Under the pieces are notes generated by a model. It was not told where the DNA came from. It was given only the letters and a program-made list of their open reading frames with translations, and did no database searches. Below are positions 55,650 through 64,000 of a stretch of DNA of 64,000 nt, piece after piece (positions within the stretch are counted from its first letter, which is position 1; the number at the start of each line of letters is the position of its first letter). The stretch is from an uncultured Candidatus Rokubacteria bacterium (GTDB lineage Bacteria > Methylomirabilota > Methylomirabilia > Rokubacteriales > DASRDR01): assembly GCA_963708025.1 (NCBI GenBank), contig CAVPSB010000002.1, forward strand, positions 224,001 to 288,000. Direction: 5' to 3'. Position numbers and translations under genes: made by a program.

Positions 55650-56522
55650 GTGAATCGAATCCTGGTTCCGCTCGACGGCTCCCGCCTCGCAGAAGCGATC
55701 CTGCCCATGGCCAGGGCGCTGGCCCGCGACTACAAGGCTGATCTCCTGCTGGTACGGGTGCTCCGTCCCCTCGGGTCGGCCGAGGCCGAGGTCGAGGCCC
55801 AGGAAGACGCCGAGGCGTATCTGCGCGCGGTGGCCGGCCGGCTGCACGCGCGCGGCCTGCCGGTCACGTGGAAGGTCTGGTACGACGAGCCGGCGCGGGC
55901 GATCGCGGACGCCGCGCGCTACAACGACGTCGGCCTGATCGTCATGAGCACGCACGGGCGCGGCGGCGTCAACCGCCTGCTCTTCGGCAGCGTCGCCGAG
56001 ACGCTGGTCCGCCAGGCGCCGGTGCCCGTGCTCCTCGTCCGCGGCGAGCTGTCGTGGCAGCCCGGGGACCTGGGGAAGATCCTGGTCCCCCTCGACGGAT
56101 CGGAGCTGTCGGAGGCCGTGCTGCCCATCGTCGAGCGCCTGGCCGGGCCCTTCGACTTCGCCGTCGAGCTGCTGCGCGCCATCGAGCCGATCCCCCCCTA
56201 CGCCGCGGCCGAGCTGACCAGCAGCATCACCGAGGACATCGGGCGGGTCGAGCGGGAGGACGCCGAGACGTACCTCGCGAAGGTCGCGGCGCCGCTGGAG
56301 GCGAAGGGCTGCCGGGTGAAGTCGATGGTGGCACTGGCACCGGCGGTGGACGCGATCCTCCGCGCCGCGCAGGAAGGCCGGGTCGGGCTCATCGCCATGA
56401 CCACGCACGGCCGGAGCGGGATCGGCCGGCTCCTGCTGGGGAGCGTCGCCGAGCGGGTGCTCCGCACCGCACCGGCGCCGGTGCTCCTGTGGAAGGCGCC
56501 GGCGGCGGGCCGACCGGGCTGA
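55650..56522 (+). CDS. Tandem-domain universal stress protein
   Basis: Two 'ILVPLDGS..THGR..GSVAE' units. Confidence 0.92.
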   Translation: MNRILVPLDGSRLAEAILPMARALARDYKADLLLVRVLRPLGSAEAEVEAQEDAEAYLRAVAGRLHARGLPVTWKVWYDEPARAIADAARYNDVGLIVMSTHGRGGVNRLLFGSVAETLVRQAPVPVLLVRGELSWQPGDLGKILVPLDGSELSEAVLPIVERLAGPFDFAVELLRAIEPIPPYAAAELTSSITEDIGRVEREDAETYLAKVAAPLEAKGCRVKSMVALAPAVDAILRAAQEGRVGLIAMTTHGRSGIGRLLLGSVAERVLRTAPAPVLLWKAPAAGRPG

Positions 56523-56548
56523 GGGAGCGGGACGAAGGAGGAGCGATC

Positions 56549-57850
56549 ATGGGTGAGCCGGGGCTGACCATCATCGACAACCGGACGGGGAAGCGTTACG
56601 AGGTGGCGATCGAGCACGGGGCCATCCGGGCGACCGACCTGCGGCGGATCAAGACGGACCCGGACGACTTCGGGCTCCTCTCGTACGACCCCGCCTTCAT
56701 GAACACGGCCTCGTGCACGAGCACGATCACCTTCATCGATGGGGACCGCGGGATCCTCCGGTACCGCGGGTACCCCATCGAGCAGCTCGCCGAGCAATCG
56801 AGCTATCTCGAGACGGCGTACCTCCTGGTTCACGGCGAGCTGCCGACGGGGGCCGAGCTGGAGGCCTGGCGGTGGGAGATCACCCACCACACCTGGATCC
56901 ACGAGAACCTCAAGAAGTTCCTGGACGGCTTCCACCACGACGCCCACCCGATGGCGATGCTCGTCTCGGCGGTGGCGGCGCTCTCCACGTTCTATCCCGA
57001 GGCCAAGCAGCCCGGCGACGGCCGCCTGCAGATGGTCCGGCTCATCGCCAAGATGCCGACGCTGGCCGCCTTCGCCTACCGGCACAGCCTCGGGATGCCG
57101 TACGCGTACCCCGACAACGACCTCTCGTACGCCGGCAACTTCCTCAACATGCTCTTCAAGGCAACCGAGGTGAAGTACGCGCCGAGCCCGATCCTGGAGC
57201 GCGCGATCGACGTCCTGTTCATCCTCCACGCCGATCACGAGCAGAACTGCTCCACGAACGCCGTTCGGAGCGTCGGGTCCTCCCGCGTCAACCCGTACTG
57301 CGCGGTGGCCGCCGGGGTGGCGGCCCTCTATGGCCCGCTCCACGGCGGGGCGAACGAGGCGGTGCTCCGGATGCTCCAGGAGATCGGGTCGGTGGGCGCG
57401 GTGCCCGCCTTCATCCGGAAGGTCAAGGCGGGCGAGGGGCGGCTGATGGGCTTCGGCCACCGGGTCTACAAGAGCTACGACCCCCGAGCCCGGATCATCA
57501 AGGTCCTGGCCGACCAGGTCTTCGCGGTGACCCAGCCGAACCCCCTCCTGCCGATCGCGCTCGAGCTCGAGCGGATCGCCCTCGAGGACGATTACTTCGT
57601 GAAGCGGCAGCTCTACCCGAACGTCAACTTCTACTCAGGGCTCATCTACCAGGCGATGGGGTTCCCGGTCGACATGTTCCCCGTGCTCTTCGCCATCCCC
57701 CGGACCTCGGGGTGGCTGGCTCAGTGGCTCGAGATGAGCCGAGACCCCGAGCAGAAGATCGCCCGACCCCGTCAGCTCTACCTCGGCACCGCGCTGCGGG
57801 ACTTCGTCCCGCTCGAGAAGCGCGAGCCGGACGAGACGGACCTCCCCTAG
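56549..57850 (+). CDS. gltA: Citrate synthase homolog with catalytic Asp->Asn
   Basis: 'LHADHEQN', 'HGGANE', 'GFGHRVYK'; 'YPNVNFYSG' instead of YPNVDFYSG. Confidence 0.93.
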   Translation: MGEPGLTIIDNRTGKRYEVAIEHGAIRATDLRRIKTDPDDFGLLSYDPAFMNTASCTSTITFIDGDRGILRYRGYPIEQLAEQSSYLETAYLLVHGELPTGAELEAWRWEITHHTWIHENLKKFLDGFHHDAHPMAMLVSAVAALSTFYPEAKQPGDGRLQMVRLIAKMPTLAAFAYRHSLGMPYAYPDNDLSYAGNFLNMLFKATEVKYAPSPILERAIDVLFILHADHEQNCSTNAVRSVGSSRVNPYCAVAAGVAALYGPLHGGANEAVLRMLQEIGSVGAVPAFIRKVKAGEGRLMGFGHRVYKSYDPRARIIKVLADQVFAVTQPNPLLPIALELERIALEDDYFVKRQLYPNVNFYSGLIYQAMGFPVDMFPVLFAIPRTSGWLAQWLEMSRDPEQKIARPRQLYLGTALRDFVPLEKREPDETDLP

Positions 57851-57865
57851 GCGAGAGGTGGGTGG

Positions 57866-58927
57866 GTGGCCTCCGACTTCGTCTACGATCGGGTGCCGCG
57901 GCGAGTCTACTGGGAGCTGACGCGGGCCTGCGACCTCGCCTGCCGGCACTGCCGGGCCGAGGCGATCGCGAGCCGCGACCCGCGGGAGCTGACGACGGAC
58001 GAGGGCCGGCGCCTCCTCGAGGCGCTCCGCGAGCTCGGCGACCCCGGTCCGGCGGTGGTCCTCACCGGGGGCGATCCGCTCGCGCGGCCGGACTTATGGG
58101 ACCTGCTGGACCACGGCGTCCGGCTCGGCCTCCCGATGGACGTGGCCCCGAGCGGCACTCCCTTGCTGACACCCGAGGTGGTCGGGCGGCTCGCCCGGGC
58201 GGGCGCGCGGGCGATGTCCCTCAGCCTGGACGGCCCGGACGCGGCTCGCCACGACGGCTTCCGCGGCGTGCCGGGCTGCTTCGACCAGACGATGGAGGCG
58301 GCGCGAGCCGCGGTCGCCGCCGGCCTCTCGCTCCAGGTCAACACGCTGGTCACGGCCGGCACGCTGGGCGACCTCCCGGCCGTCTACGAGCGCGTGTGCG
58401 ACCTCGGCGCCGCGCGGTGGAGCCTGTTCTTCCTGATCCAGGTCGGCCGCGGTCGCGGCCTCCAGCAGCTCACGCCGGCCGCCGGCGAGGCCCTGCTGGC
58501 GTGGCTGTGGGCCTGCGCCGGGCCGGGCGGTCCCATCGTCAGCGCCACCGAGGCGCCGCACTACCGCCGGGTGGCGCTCCAGCGCCGCCGGACGGGCGAG
58601 GGTGGAGCGGCTCACCGGGCGCTCCGCCACGGGTTCGGGATCCGCGACGGGAACGGGATCATGTTCGTCTCGAACGTCGGGGACGTCCAGCCCTCGGGCT
58701 TCCTGCCCATCGTCGCCGGCAACGTGCGGCGTGCGCATCCCGGCGTGATCTACCGGGATGCGCCGCTCTTCCGGGCCCTGCGCGCCGCGGCCGGCTTTCA
58801 CGGCCGGTGCGGCCGCTGTGAGTTCCGGGAGGTGTGCGGCGGCTCGCGGGCCCGCGCCTATGCGACGGCCGGCGATCCGCTCGGCGAGGACCCGCTGTGC
58901 GCGTACCAGCCAGCCGGGGGGAGGTAG
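57866..58927 (+). CDS. Radical SAM/SPASM protein (TIGR04053/NirJ-like)
   Basis: 'WELTRACDLACRHCRA', 'LTGGDP', 'CGRCEFREVCGGSRARA'. Confidence 0.9.
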   Translation: MASDFVYDRVPRRVYWELTRACDLACRHCRAEAIASRDPRELTTDEGRRLLEALRELGDPGPAVVLTGGDPLARPDLWDLLDHGVRLGLPMDVAPSGTPLLTPEVVGRLARAGARAMSLSLDGPDAARHDGFRGVPGCFDQTMEAARAAVAAGLSLQVNTLVTAGTLGDLPAVYERVCDLGAARWSLFFLIQVGRGRGLQQLTPAAGEALLAWLWACAGPGGPIVSATEAPHYRRVALQRRRTGEGGAAHRALRHGFGIRDGNGIMFVSNVGDVQPSGFLPIVAGNVRRAHPGVIYRDAPLFRALRAAAGFHGRCGRCEFREVCGGSRARAYATAGDPLGEDPLCAYQPAGGR

Positions 58928-58929
58928 AC

Positions 58930-59559
58930 ATGGACCTCGACGGGCTCCTGAGCGACACCGCGGACGGCGTCTGCGCGGTCGGCCAGGACGGCAAGATCGT
59001 CATGTGGAACCGGGCGGCGGAGAGGATCCTCGGTCACACCGCCCGTGAGGTGCTCGGGCGGCCCTGCTGCGACGTGTTCGCTGGGCGCGACGTCGGCGGC
59101 AACCGGCTCTGCTTCCAGGGCTGTCAGGTCCTCACGCTGGTCCGGCGGGGCGAGCCGGTTCAGCACTTCCAGATGTCGACCCGCACGAAGCAGGGGAAGC
59201 CGGTCTGGCTCGACATCAGCATCCTGGTGGTGCCGGGGAGCCATCGCGACCTGGCGACCACGGTGCACCTCTTCCGCGACGCCACCGTCGTCCACGAGGT
59301 CGAGGCGCTGGTCCGGCAGCGCCTCGCCGAGACCGCCCTCCCTCCCTCGAACGGGGCCGGGAACGGAGGCGGGCTGACGCGGCGCGAGCTCGAGATCCTG
59401 CGGCTGCTCGCCGGGGGCGCCAACACGCGGGCGATGGCCGCGCGGCTCCGCGTGAGCCCGGCGACGATCCGGAACCACGTGCAGAACATCTTCGGCAAGC
59501 TCGAGGTGCACAGCCGGCTCGAGGCCGTCGCCTGGGCCACCCGCCACGGCCTGCTCTGA
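58930..59559 (+). CDS. PAS plus LuxR-HTH transcriptional regulator (Cys-rich PAS)
   Basis: 'WNRAAERILG..GRPCCDVF..RLCFQGC'; 'LTRRELEIL..TIRNHVQNIFGKL'. Confidence 0.9.
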   Translation: MDLDGLLSDTADGVCAVGQDGKIVMWNRAAERILGHTAREVLGRPCCDVFAGRDVGGNRLCFQGCQVLTLVRRGEPVQHFQMSTRTKQGKPVWLDISILVVPGSHRDLATTVHLFRDATVVHEVEALVRQRLAETALPPSNGAGNGGGLTRRELEILRLLAGGANTRAMAARLRVSPATIRNHVQNIFGKLEVHSRLEAVAWATRHGLL

Positions 59560-59705
59560 AGACCATCGGGAGGTCTCGGAAGACCCCCCGATGCCCCCCC
59601 TTCGGAGGCCGCGGCGAAGCCGCGGCTCGAAGTGGAACGCCACGGCCGCGCGGCCGCAACTGAGAGGGTTGCGTGAAGCCAATGGCGTAGGAACGAGAGC
59701 CGGGG
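59560..59705 (+). repeat. Repeat family A, short-loop variant
   Basis: GCCGCGGC-GAA-GCCGCGGC replaces the long loop; AGTGGAACGCCACGGCCGCGCGGCC as at 27210. Confidence 0.85.
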
Positions 59706-59918
59706 GAGGGGGTGCCCGGCTGGAAAGGGCGTGAGTCAGGGTGGGGATCGTGGAGAGGCTTCAGGCTTCCCGGCGCCCCGGGCGTGCACACCACCTCCGC
59801 GCCTGATCCCCTGCGTTCCGATGTTCCTCTCGCCGGCACCCCCTACTCCCATGAGTACGCCGATCGGCGTCGGCAGGCAATGAGCCGGCGGCACCATTTC
59901 ACCTCCGCCGATCGCACT

Positions 59919-59990
59919 AATTCGGGACCTCCCGCCCCCCCCCCAACCCCCCTCCCCCACCCACTGGGAGGGGGGCCGGAGGACTTCGCC
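59919..59990 (+). repeat. Repeat family B, short variant
   Basis: TTCGGGACCTCCCGCCCC..CCCTCCCCCACCCAC..GGGAGGGGGGCCGGAGG. Confidence 0.7.
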
Positions 59991-60006
59991 TACCAGAGGT
60001 CCTCCG

Positions 60007-60396
60007 CTACTCGGGACCGCGCGGGGTTGCGTGGAAGAGGAGCACGCTCGCGGCCGAGCGGAGGAACACCTGCTCGGCCACGCTGCCCAGGGCCACCCGG
60101 CGGAGGCCACCCTGGCCGGCGGTGGTCACGGCGATCAGGTCCGCGCCGAAGGCGTTGGCCTCCTTCAAGATCTCGGCCACCGGGTCGCCGAAGCGGACGA
60201 CGCTGTCGACGGGGACGCTCTGCAGCCGGGCCTCCAGGGCGTGGAGGTAGCCGCTCTCCTCCGTCGGACCCGGCTCGGGGGCGACGTGGAGGAGGCGTAG
60301 CGAGGCGCCGCTTCCCCGCGCCAGGTCGGCGACGAGCGGCACGATGCGCTCCGCGGCGGGAGATCCGTCGAGCGGGACCAGGATGCGCTTCGCCAT
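60007..60396 (-). CDS. Universal stress protein (short)
   Basis: 'ILVPLDGS', 'GDPVAEI', 'LGSVAEQV'. Confidence 0.88.
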   Translation of the reverse strand: MAKRILVPLDGSPAAERIVPLVADLARGSGASLRLLHVAPEPGPTEESGYLHALEARLQSVPVDSVVRFGDPVAEILKEANAFGADLIAVTTAGQGGLRRVALGSVAEQVFLRSAASVLLFHATPRGPE

Positions 60397-60571
60397 CGTC
60401 CATCTCCTTCAACTGGCCCGGGTCCCCGGCTTCGGGACCCCTTCGCGGCCGGTCCCGAGGCGCTTGGCCACGTGGTACTTTCTGGCCAGACCCGCGACCT
60501 GGCCGCGGTCGGGCAGGTCGCCCGGCCGCGGCGGTGGCTTGCCTCGGTCGCGCGTCTTGCGGCCCTCGCGG

Positions 60572-61009
60572 CTACTCGGGCTTGATGGGGATCAGGGTGC
60601 CTTTCGCCGCCGCCCCCTTGGGCAGCTTCACCATCAGGGTGCCGTTCTTGAAGGTGGCCGTCACCTTGCCCGCCTCGACGGGCGCCGGCAGCGGGATGGT
60701 CCGGGCGAAGGCGCCGTAGGTGCGCTCCATCCGGAAAAAGGTCTCCTCCTTCTCCTCCTTCTCGTGCTTCTTCTCGCCCTTGATCGTGAGGGCGTCGCCG
60801 TCCAGGGTCAGCGTGATCTCCTTCGGGTCGATGCCCGGGATCTCAGCCGTCACCATGAAGGCGTCCTTGGTGTCGGCCACGTCCACCTTCGGCATCCAGT
60901 CGCCGAGGGCGGGCCACGCCGGCCAGTCGGTCTCCCAGAACCGATCGAAGAGCCGATCCATCTCCTTCCTCAGCGCGGTCACTCCGGTCCAGGGCGTCAG
61001 CGCTTTCAT
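60572..61009 (-). CDS. Hsp20/alpha-crystallin small heat-shock protein
   Basis: 'AEIPG', 'ERTYGAFAR', 'ATFKNGTL..LPK'. Confidence 0.93.
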   Translation of the reverse strand: MKALTPWTGVTALRKEMDRLFDRFWETDWPAWPALGDWMPKVDVADTKDAFMVTAEIPGIDPKEITLTLDGDALTIKGEKKHEKEEKEETFFRMERTYGAFARTIPLPAPVEAGKVTATFKNGTLMVKLPKGAAAKGTLIPIKPE

Positions 61010-61055
61010 GGCATCCTCCTTGGTGGCGCGCCTTGGCGCGCCATCGAGACGAGGT

Positions 61056-61071
61056 AGCAACCCCAGTGCCA
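61056..61071 (-). promoter_or_regulatory. Sigma54 -24/-12 promoter
   Basis: TGGCAC-TGGGG-TTGCT. Confidence 0.85.
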
Positions 61072-61122
61072 CGCGGGCTTCACGCGACGGCGGGTACTTG
61101 CGCTCCGTCGCTCGCCGGCAGG

Positions 61123-61160
61123 TGGGGCACGGAGTTCCCGGCCGGGGCCTCGCCGCCCCA
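61123..61160. promoter_or_regulatory. Tandem putative enhancer sites
   Basis: TGGGGCACGGAGTTCCCG and CGGGGCCTCGCCGCCCCA. Confidence 0.6.
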
Positions 61161-61169
61161 CGTCTCAGA

Positions 61170-61401
61170 GCCCGTCAAGAATGCCAGCGGCTCCCATTCC
61201 ACCGCCCGTCGGCGTCGCAACCCTCCGTCTCGGGCCGAAGGCCGTCCAACGGCCGCAGCCTCCGAGGGGGGGAAGGGGGGGTCTTCCGAGACCCCCCCGG
61301 AGAATCACAGAGCGCGTGAAGGAATCGGGGCCTCCGGCTCCCCCCTCCCCCCGGTGGGTGGGGGAGGGGGGCTGGGGGGGTGGAGGGAGGTCCCGAAGAT
61401 C
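61170..61401 (-). repeat. Composite B+A repeat after birA stop
   Basis: Same order as 27002-27285, on the minus strand. Confidence 0.85.
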
Positions 61402-62229
61402 TCACTCGAGGAGGCGCACGTCGCCGGCGAGGACCCGGTGGACGACGCCGTGGGCGTCCTCGATCTCGAGGTGTCCGTCGGCGGCGACGCTGCGCGCCCG
61501 GCCCTCCAGGGCGCCGCGGTCGTCCCGGACCTCGACTCGGCGCCCGGTGACGATGTCGAGGTCGCGCCAGGCGCGGAGGATCCGCTCCGGGCCCTGATCA
61601 CGATACATGATCAGCCACTCGTCGAGGTACGAGAGGAAGGCTCCGGTGAAGGCGTTTCGCTCGACCGGCCGTCCGAGCGCCTCCCGGAGCGAGATGGCGT
61701 GCTGGGCCGCCGGGCCGAGGGCTGCCCGGAGCAACTCGCACGCGACGTTGACGTTCACCCCCACGCCGAGGATGACGTGCTCCAGCCGGTCGCCGGCGAT
61801 CGACAGCTCGGTCAGGATTCCCGCCACCTTCCGGTGCTTCACCAGGACGTCATTGGGCCACTTGATCGCCGGGTGGAGGCCCAGCTCCCGGATCGCGTCG
61901 GCCAGCGCCAGGGGGGCCACGAACGAGAACACCGGCGCCGCCGCCGGCGTGATTCCGGGCCGACACAACACCGAGGCGTAGAGGTTCACGCCGGGCGGCG
62001 AGAACCAGGCCTTCCCGGCCCGGCCCCGGCCGGCCGTCTGGCTCTCGGCGAGCACGGTGGTTCCCTCGGCGGCGCCGGCCCGGGCCAGCTCGCGGAGGAT
62101 CTGGTTGGTGGAGGGGACGGCCTCGTAGAGACAGAGCCAGAACCCCTGCCCCACCGTGGGAGCGGACAGGTGCCGGCGGATCTCGTCGACACTCAGCGCG
62201 TTCTCGACCATCGCGACATCAGGGGGCAT
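61402..62229 (-). CDS. birA: Biotin-protein ligase (no N-terminal HTH)
   Basis: 'STN', 'QTAGRGR', 'KWPND', 'KVAGIL', 'GVGVN'. Confidence 0.92.
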   Translation of the reverse strand: MPPDVAMVENALSVDEIRRHLSAPTVGQGFWLCLYEAVPSTNQILRELARAGAAEGTTVLAESQTAGRGRAGKAWFSPPGVNLYASVLCRPGITPAAAPVFSFVAPLALADAIRELGLHPAIKWPNDVLVKHRKVAGILTELSIAGDRLEHVILGVGVNVNVACELLRAALGPAAQHAISLREALGRPVERNAFTGAFLSYLDEWLIMYRDQGPERILRAWRDLDIVTGRRVEVRDDRGALEGRARSVAADGHLEIEDAHGVVHRVLAGDVRLLE

Positions 62230-62242
62230 GGGGATGCTCCTC

Positions 62243-63160
62243 TCACTGGCCTTCGGGGCCCACCGTGAGGACCGGGCAGGGGGCGGTCTGCAGGAGGTGA
62301 TGTGCCACCGAGCCGAGCATCCAGCGCACCAGGCCCGACCGCCCCTGCGTGCCGATGACGATCAGGTCGGCGCCGCGCGCCTGGGCCCAGTGCACGACCT
62401 GCTCCTCGACCACGCCGCGACCGATCAGGACCTGGACGCGCTCGCGGGGAAGCCGTCCGGGCTGGTCGCGCTCGGACTGCTGCAGGAACCGCTCGGCCTC
62501 CGACTGCCCCTGCTCGTCGAGCAGCGCGGCCATCCGCCCGATGAGCTCCGGCGAGAGGTGCCGGTCCGGGACGGGCTGCGCGGTGACGTGCAGGAAGTCA
62601 ACCGTCGCTCCGGTCGCCCCGGCGAGGGCCTGGACCCACGGCCACGCCATCTTCGCGGTGGGCGAGAAATCGGTCGAGTAGAGGATCCGTCCCATCCGCG
62701 CCGGCCGGGTGCCGGAGAGCTGCGGCCGCACGGTCACGACCGGCCGGGGCGCGCTGCGGACGATCCGGTCGGCGACGCTGCCGAGAAGGACGCGGCCCAC
62801 GCCGGCCCGGCCGTGGGTGCCGACCACGAGGAGGTCGCTGCCCTCCTCGCGCGCCACGTCGAGGATCCGCAGGGCCGCCGAGCCCTCGACGATCCGGCTC
62901 CGCGCCTTGAGAGGGGGATCGCCGAGCTTCGCGAGCACCGCGTCGAGGCGCGCCTGCGCCTCCTGCTCCGCGCCCTCCACCAGCTCCTGGTACATCTGGG
63001 GCGGGAAGTAGCCCTCCATCGGGACGAACACCGGCGGCACGACGTGGAGGAGTAGCAGCTCGGCGCCGAGCGCCCGGGCGAGGAGCTGAGCCTCCTCCCA
63101 CGCCGGCTCGGATGCCGGCGACAGGTCGGTCGCGCAGAGGATCTTCCGGATCGGGGTCAT
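62243..63160 (-). CDS. Tandem-domain universal stress protein
   Basis: 'ILCATDLS..GTHGR..LGSVA', second 'ILYSTDFS..LGSVA..PCPVL'. Confidence 0.92.
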   Translation of the reverse strand: MTPIRKILCATDLSPASEPAWEEAQLLARALGAELLLLHVVPPVFVPMEGYFPPQMYQELVEGAEQEAQARLDAVLAKLGDPPLKARSRIVEGSAALRILDVAREEGSDLLVVGTHGRAGVGRVLLGSVADRIVRSAPRPVVTVRPQLSGTRPARMGRILYSTDFSPTAKMAWPWVQALAGATGATVDFLHVTAQPVPDRHLSPELIGRMAALLDEQGQSEAERFLQQSERDQPGRLPRERVQVLIGRGVVEEQVVHWAQARGADLIVIGTQGRSGLVRWMLGSVAHHLLQTAPCPVLTVGPEGQ

Positions 63161-63268
63161 CGCTCGGTCGCCTCCGTCGGGGCCGGGGTCGGTGCCGTCA
63201 TCGACACGCGCTCGTCCATCGCGACTCCTTTCGGCGCGCGTCCGCCGTGGCGCGCGGGAGACCACCAC

Positions 63269-63284
63269 TGCAACGTCAGTGCCG
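63269..63284 (-). promoter_or_regulatory. Sigma54 -24/-12 promoter
   Basis: CGGCAC-TGACG-TTGCA. Confidence 0.75.
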
Positions 63285-63359
63285 GGGCCGGGCACGGCGA
63301 ATTCGCCGTTCCTCCGGGAGGTTTGGGGCCGCACTGGCCTACCCCACGGCGCCTGCGGG

Positions 63360-63396
63360 TGGGGCAGGGCTGTCCCGGTCGGGCGCGGCCGCCCCA
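63360..63396. promoter_or_regulatory. Tandem putative enhancer sites
   Basis: TGGGGCAGGGCTGTCCCG and TCGGGCGCGGCCGCCCCA. Confidence 0.6.
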
Positions 63397-63416
63397 GCCG
63401 CCGGCCAGCCCGATGA

Positions 63417-64000
63417 TCACCTCGGCCGCGCCAGCGCGGGCAGGAGGATCACGAAGGTCGTTCCCGCCCCCGGCGCGCTCACGACCTCCAGGTCCCCGTG
63501 GTGGTCCTTCACGATGCGGTAGCTGATGGCGAGACCGAGCCCGGTGCCGCCGGGCTTCGTCGTGAAGAACGGCAGGAAGATCTGCTCCCGGACCTCGGGC
63601 GGTATGCCGGGGCCGGTATCGGAGACCGTCATGCGCACCCAGCCCGGCCGGTCGCCGGCCAGCCCGGTCTCCACGCGGATCAACCCCTGATTGCCGAGCA
63701 CGTCGCGCGCGTTGTTCAGCAGGTTGAGCAGCACCTGCTCGAGCTCGTTGGCGTCGGCCTCCACCAGCGGGAGCCCGGGCGTGAGCCGTCGCTCGACGAC
63801 GATGCCCGTCTTCGTCGCGTGCTTCTCGAAGAGGAGGAGCGTCTCCTCGGCCACCGCGTTGATGTCCGTGGGCCGCTTGACGGCGGGCCCGCGCCGGGCG
63901 AAGGAGGTCAGGGCCTGGGTGATCCGGCCCACGCGCTGGGCGTTCCGCTGGAGCACGGCCAGATCGTCTCGCACCGGGCCCGGCAGGCCGGACTCCTCGG
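63417..64000 (-). CDS. Sensor histidine kinase, C-terminal part (runs off window)
   Basis: 'QVLLNLLNNA', 'DTGPGI', 'FFTTK..GTGLGL'. Confidence 0.92.
   Translation of the reverse strand, partial: EESGLPGPVRDDLAVLQRNAQRVGRITQALTSFARRGPAVKRPTDINAVAEETLLLFEKHATKTGIVVERRLTPGLPLVEADANELEQVLLNLLNNARDVLGNQGLIRVETGLAGDRPGWVRMTVSDTGPGIPPEVREQIFLPFFTTKPGGTGLGLAISYRIVKDHHGDLEVVSAPGAGTTFVILLPALARPR

Noticed and set aside
59706-59918. Small ORFs or RNA between two repeats
   Set aside because: No convincing coding or structural signal by eye

Overview
High-GC bacterial chromosome segment. The gene style (many Liv, sugar-ABC and TTT transporters, GC-rich intergenic palindromes) suggests Ca. Rokuibacteriota/Methylomirabilota, but that is an inference. 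Bases 1-33 kb hold catabolic and transport clusters: MaoC pair, two sugar ABC systems, TctACB, LVIVD protein, two Liv-type ABC systems, ADH, amidohydrolase, DSD1, MetE-like and TfdA-like genes. Bases 33-46 kb are a mosaic accessory zone. It contains gene fragments, a stand-alone SARP regulator facing two tiny DUF1059-like genes across a heptamer-repeat promoter, a duplicated gene end, an attC-like site, and three toxin-antitoxin modules whose toxins are all broken. Bases 46.9-64 kb look like a sigma54-controlled hypoxia/dormancy-type regulon. It has an NtrC-type activator and a histidine kinase at its two ends, seven -24/-12 promoters and a recurring TGGGGC-N6-GCCCCA motif. Its genes are nifJ, a DHOD-like gene, four USP genes, CBS, Hsp20, a citrate synthase with catalytic Asp->Asn, a radical SAM enzyme, PAS-LuxR and BirA. 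About 20 copies of structured intergenic repeats occur across the window. No rRNA, tRNA, CRISPR, integrase or transposase was recognised. About ten frameshifts may be sequencing errors. Family assignments come from motif recognition by eye; no database searches were run.
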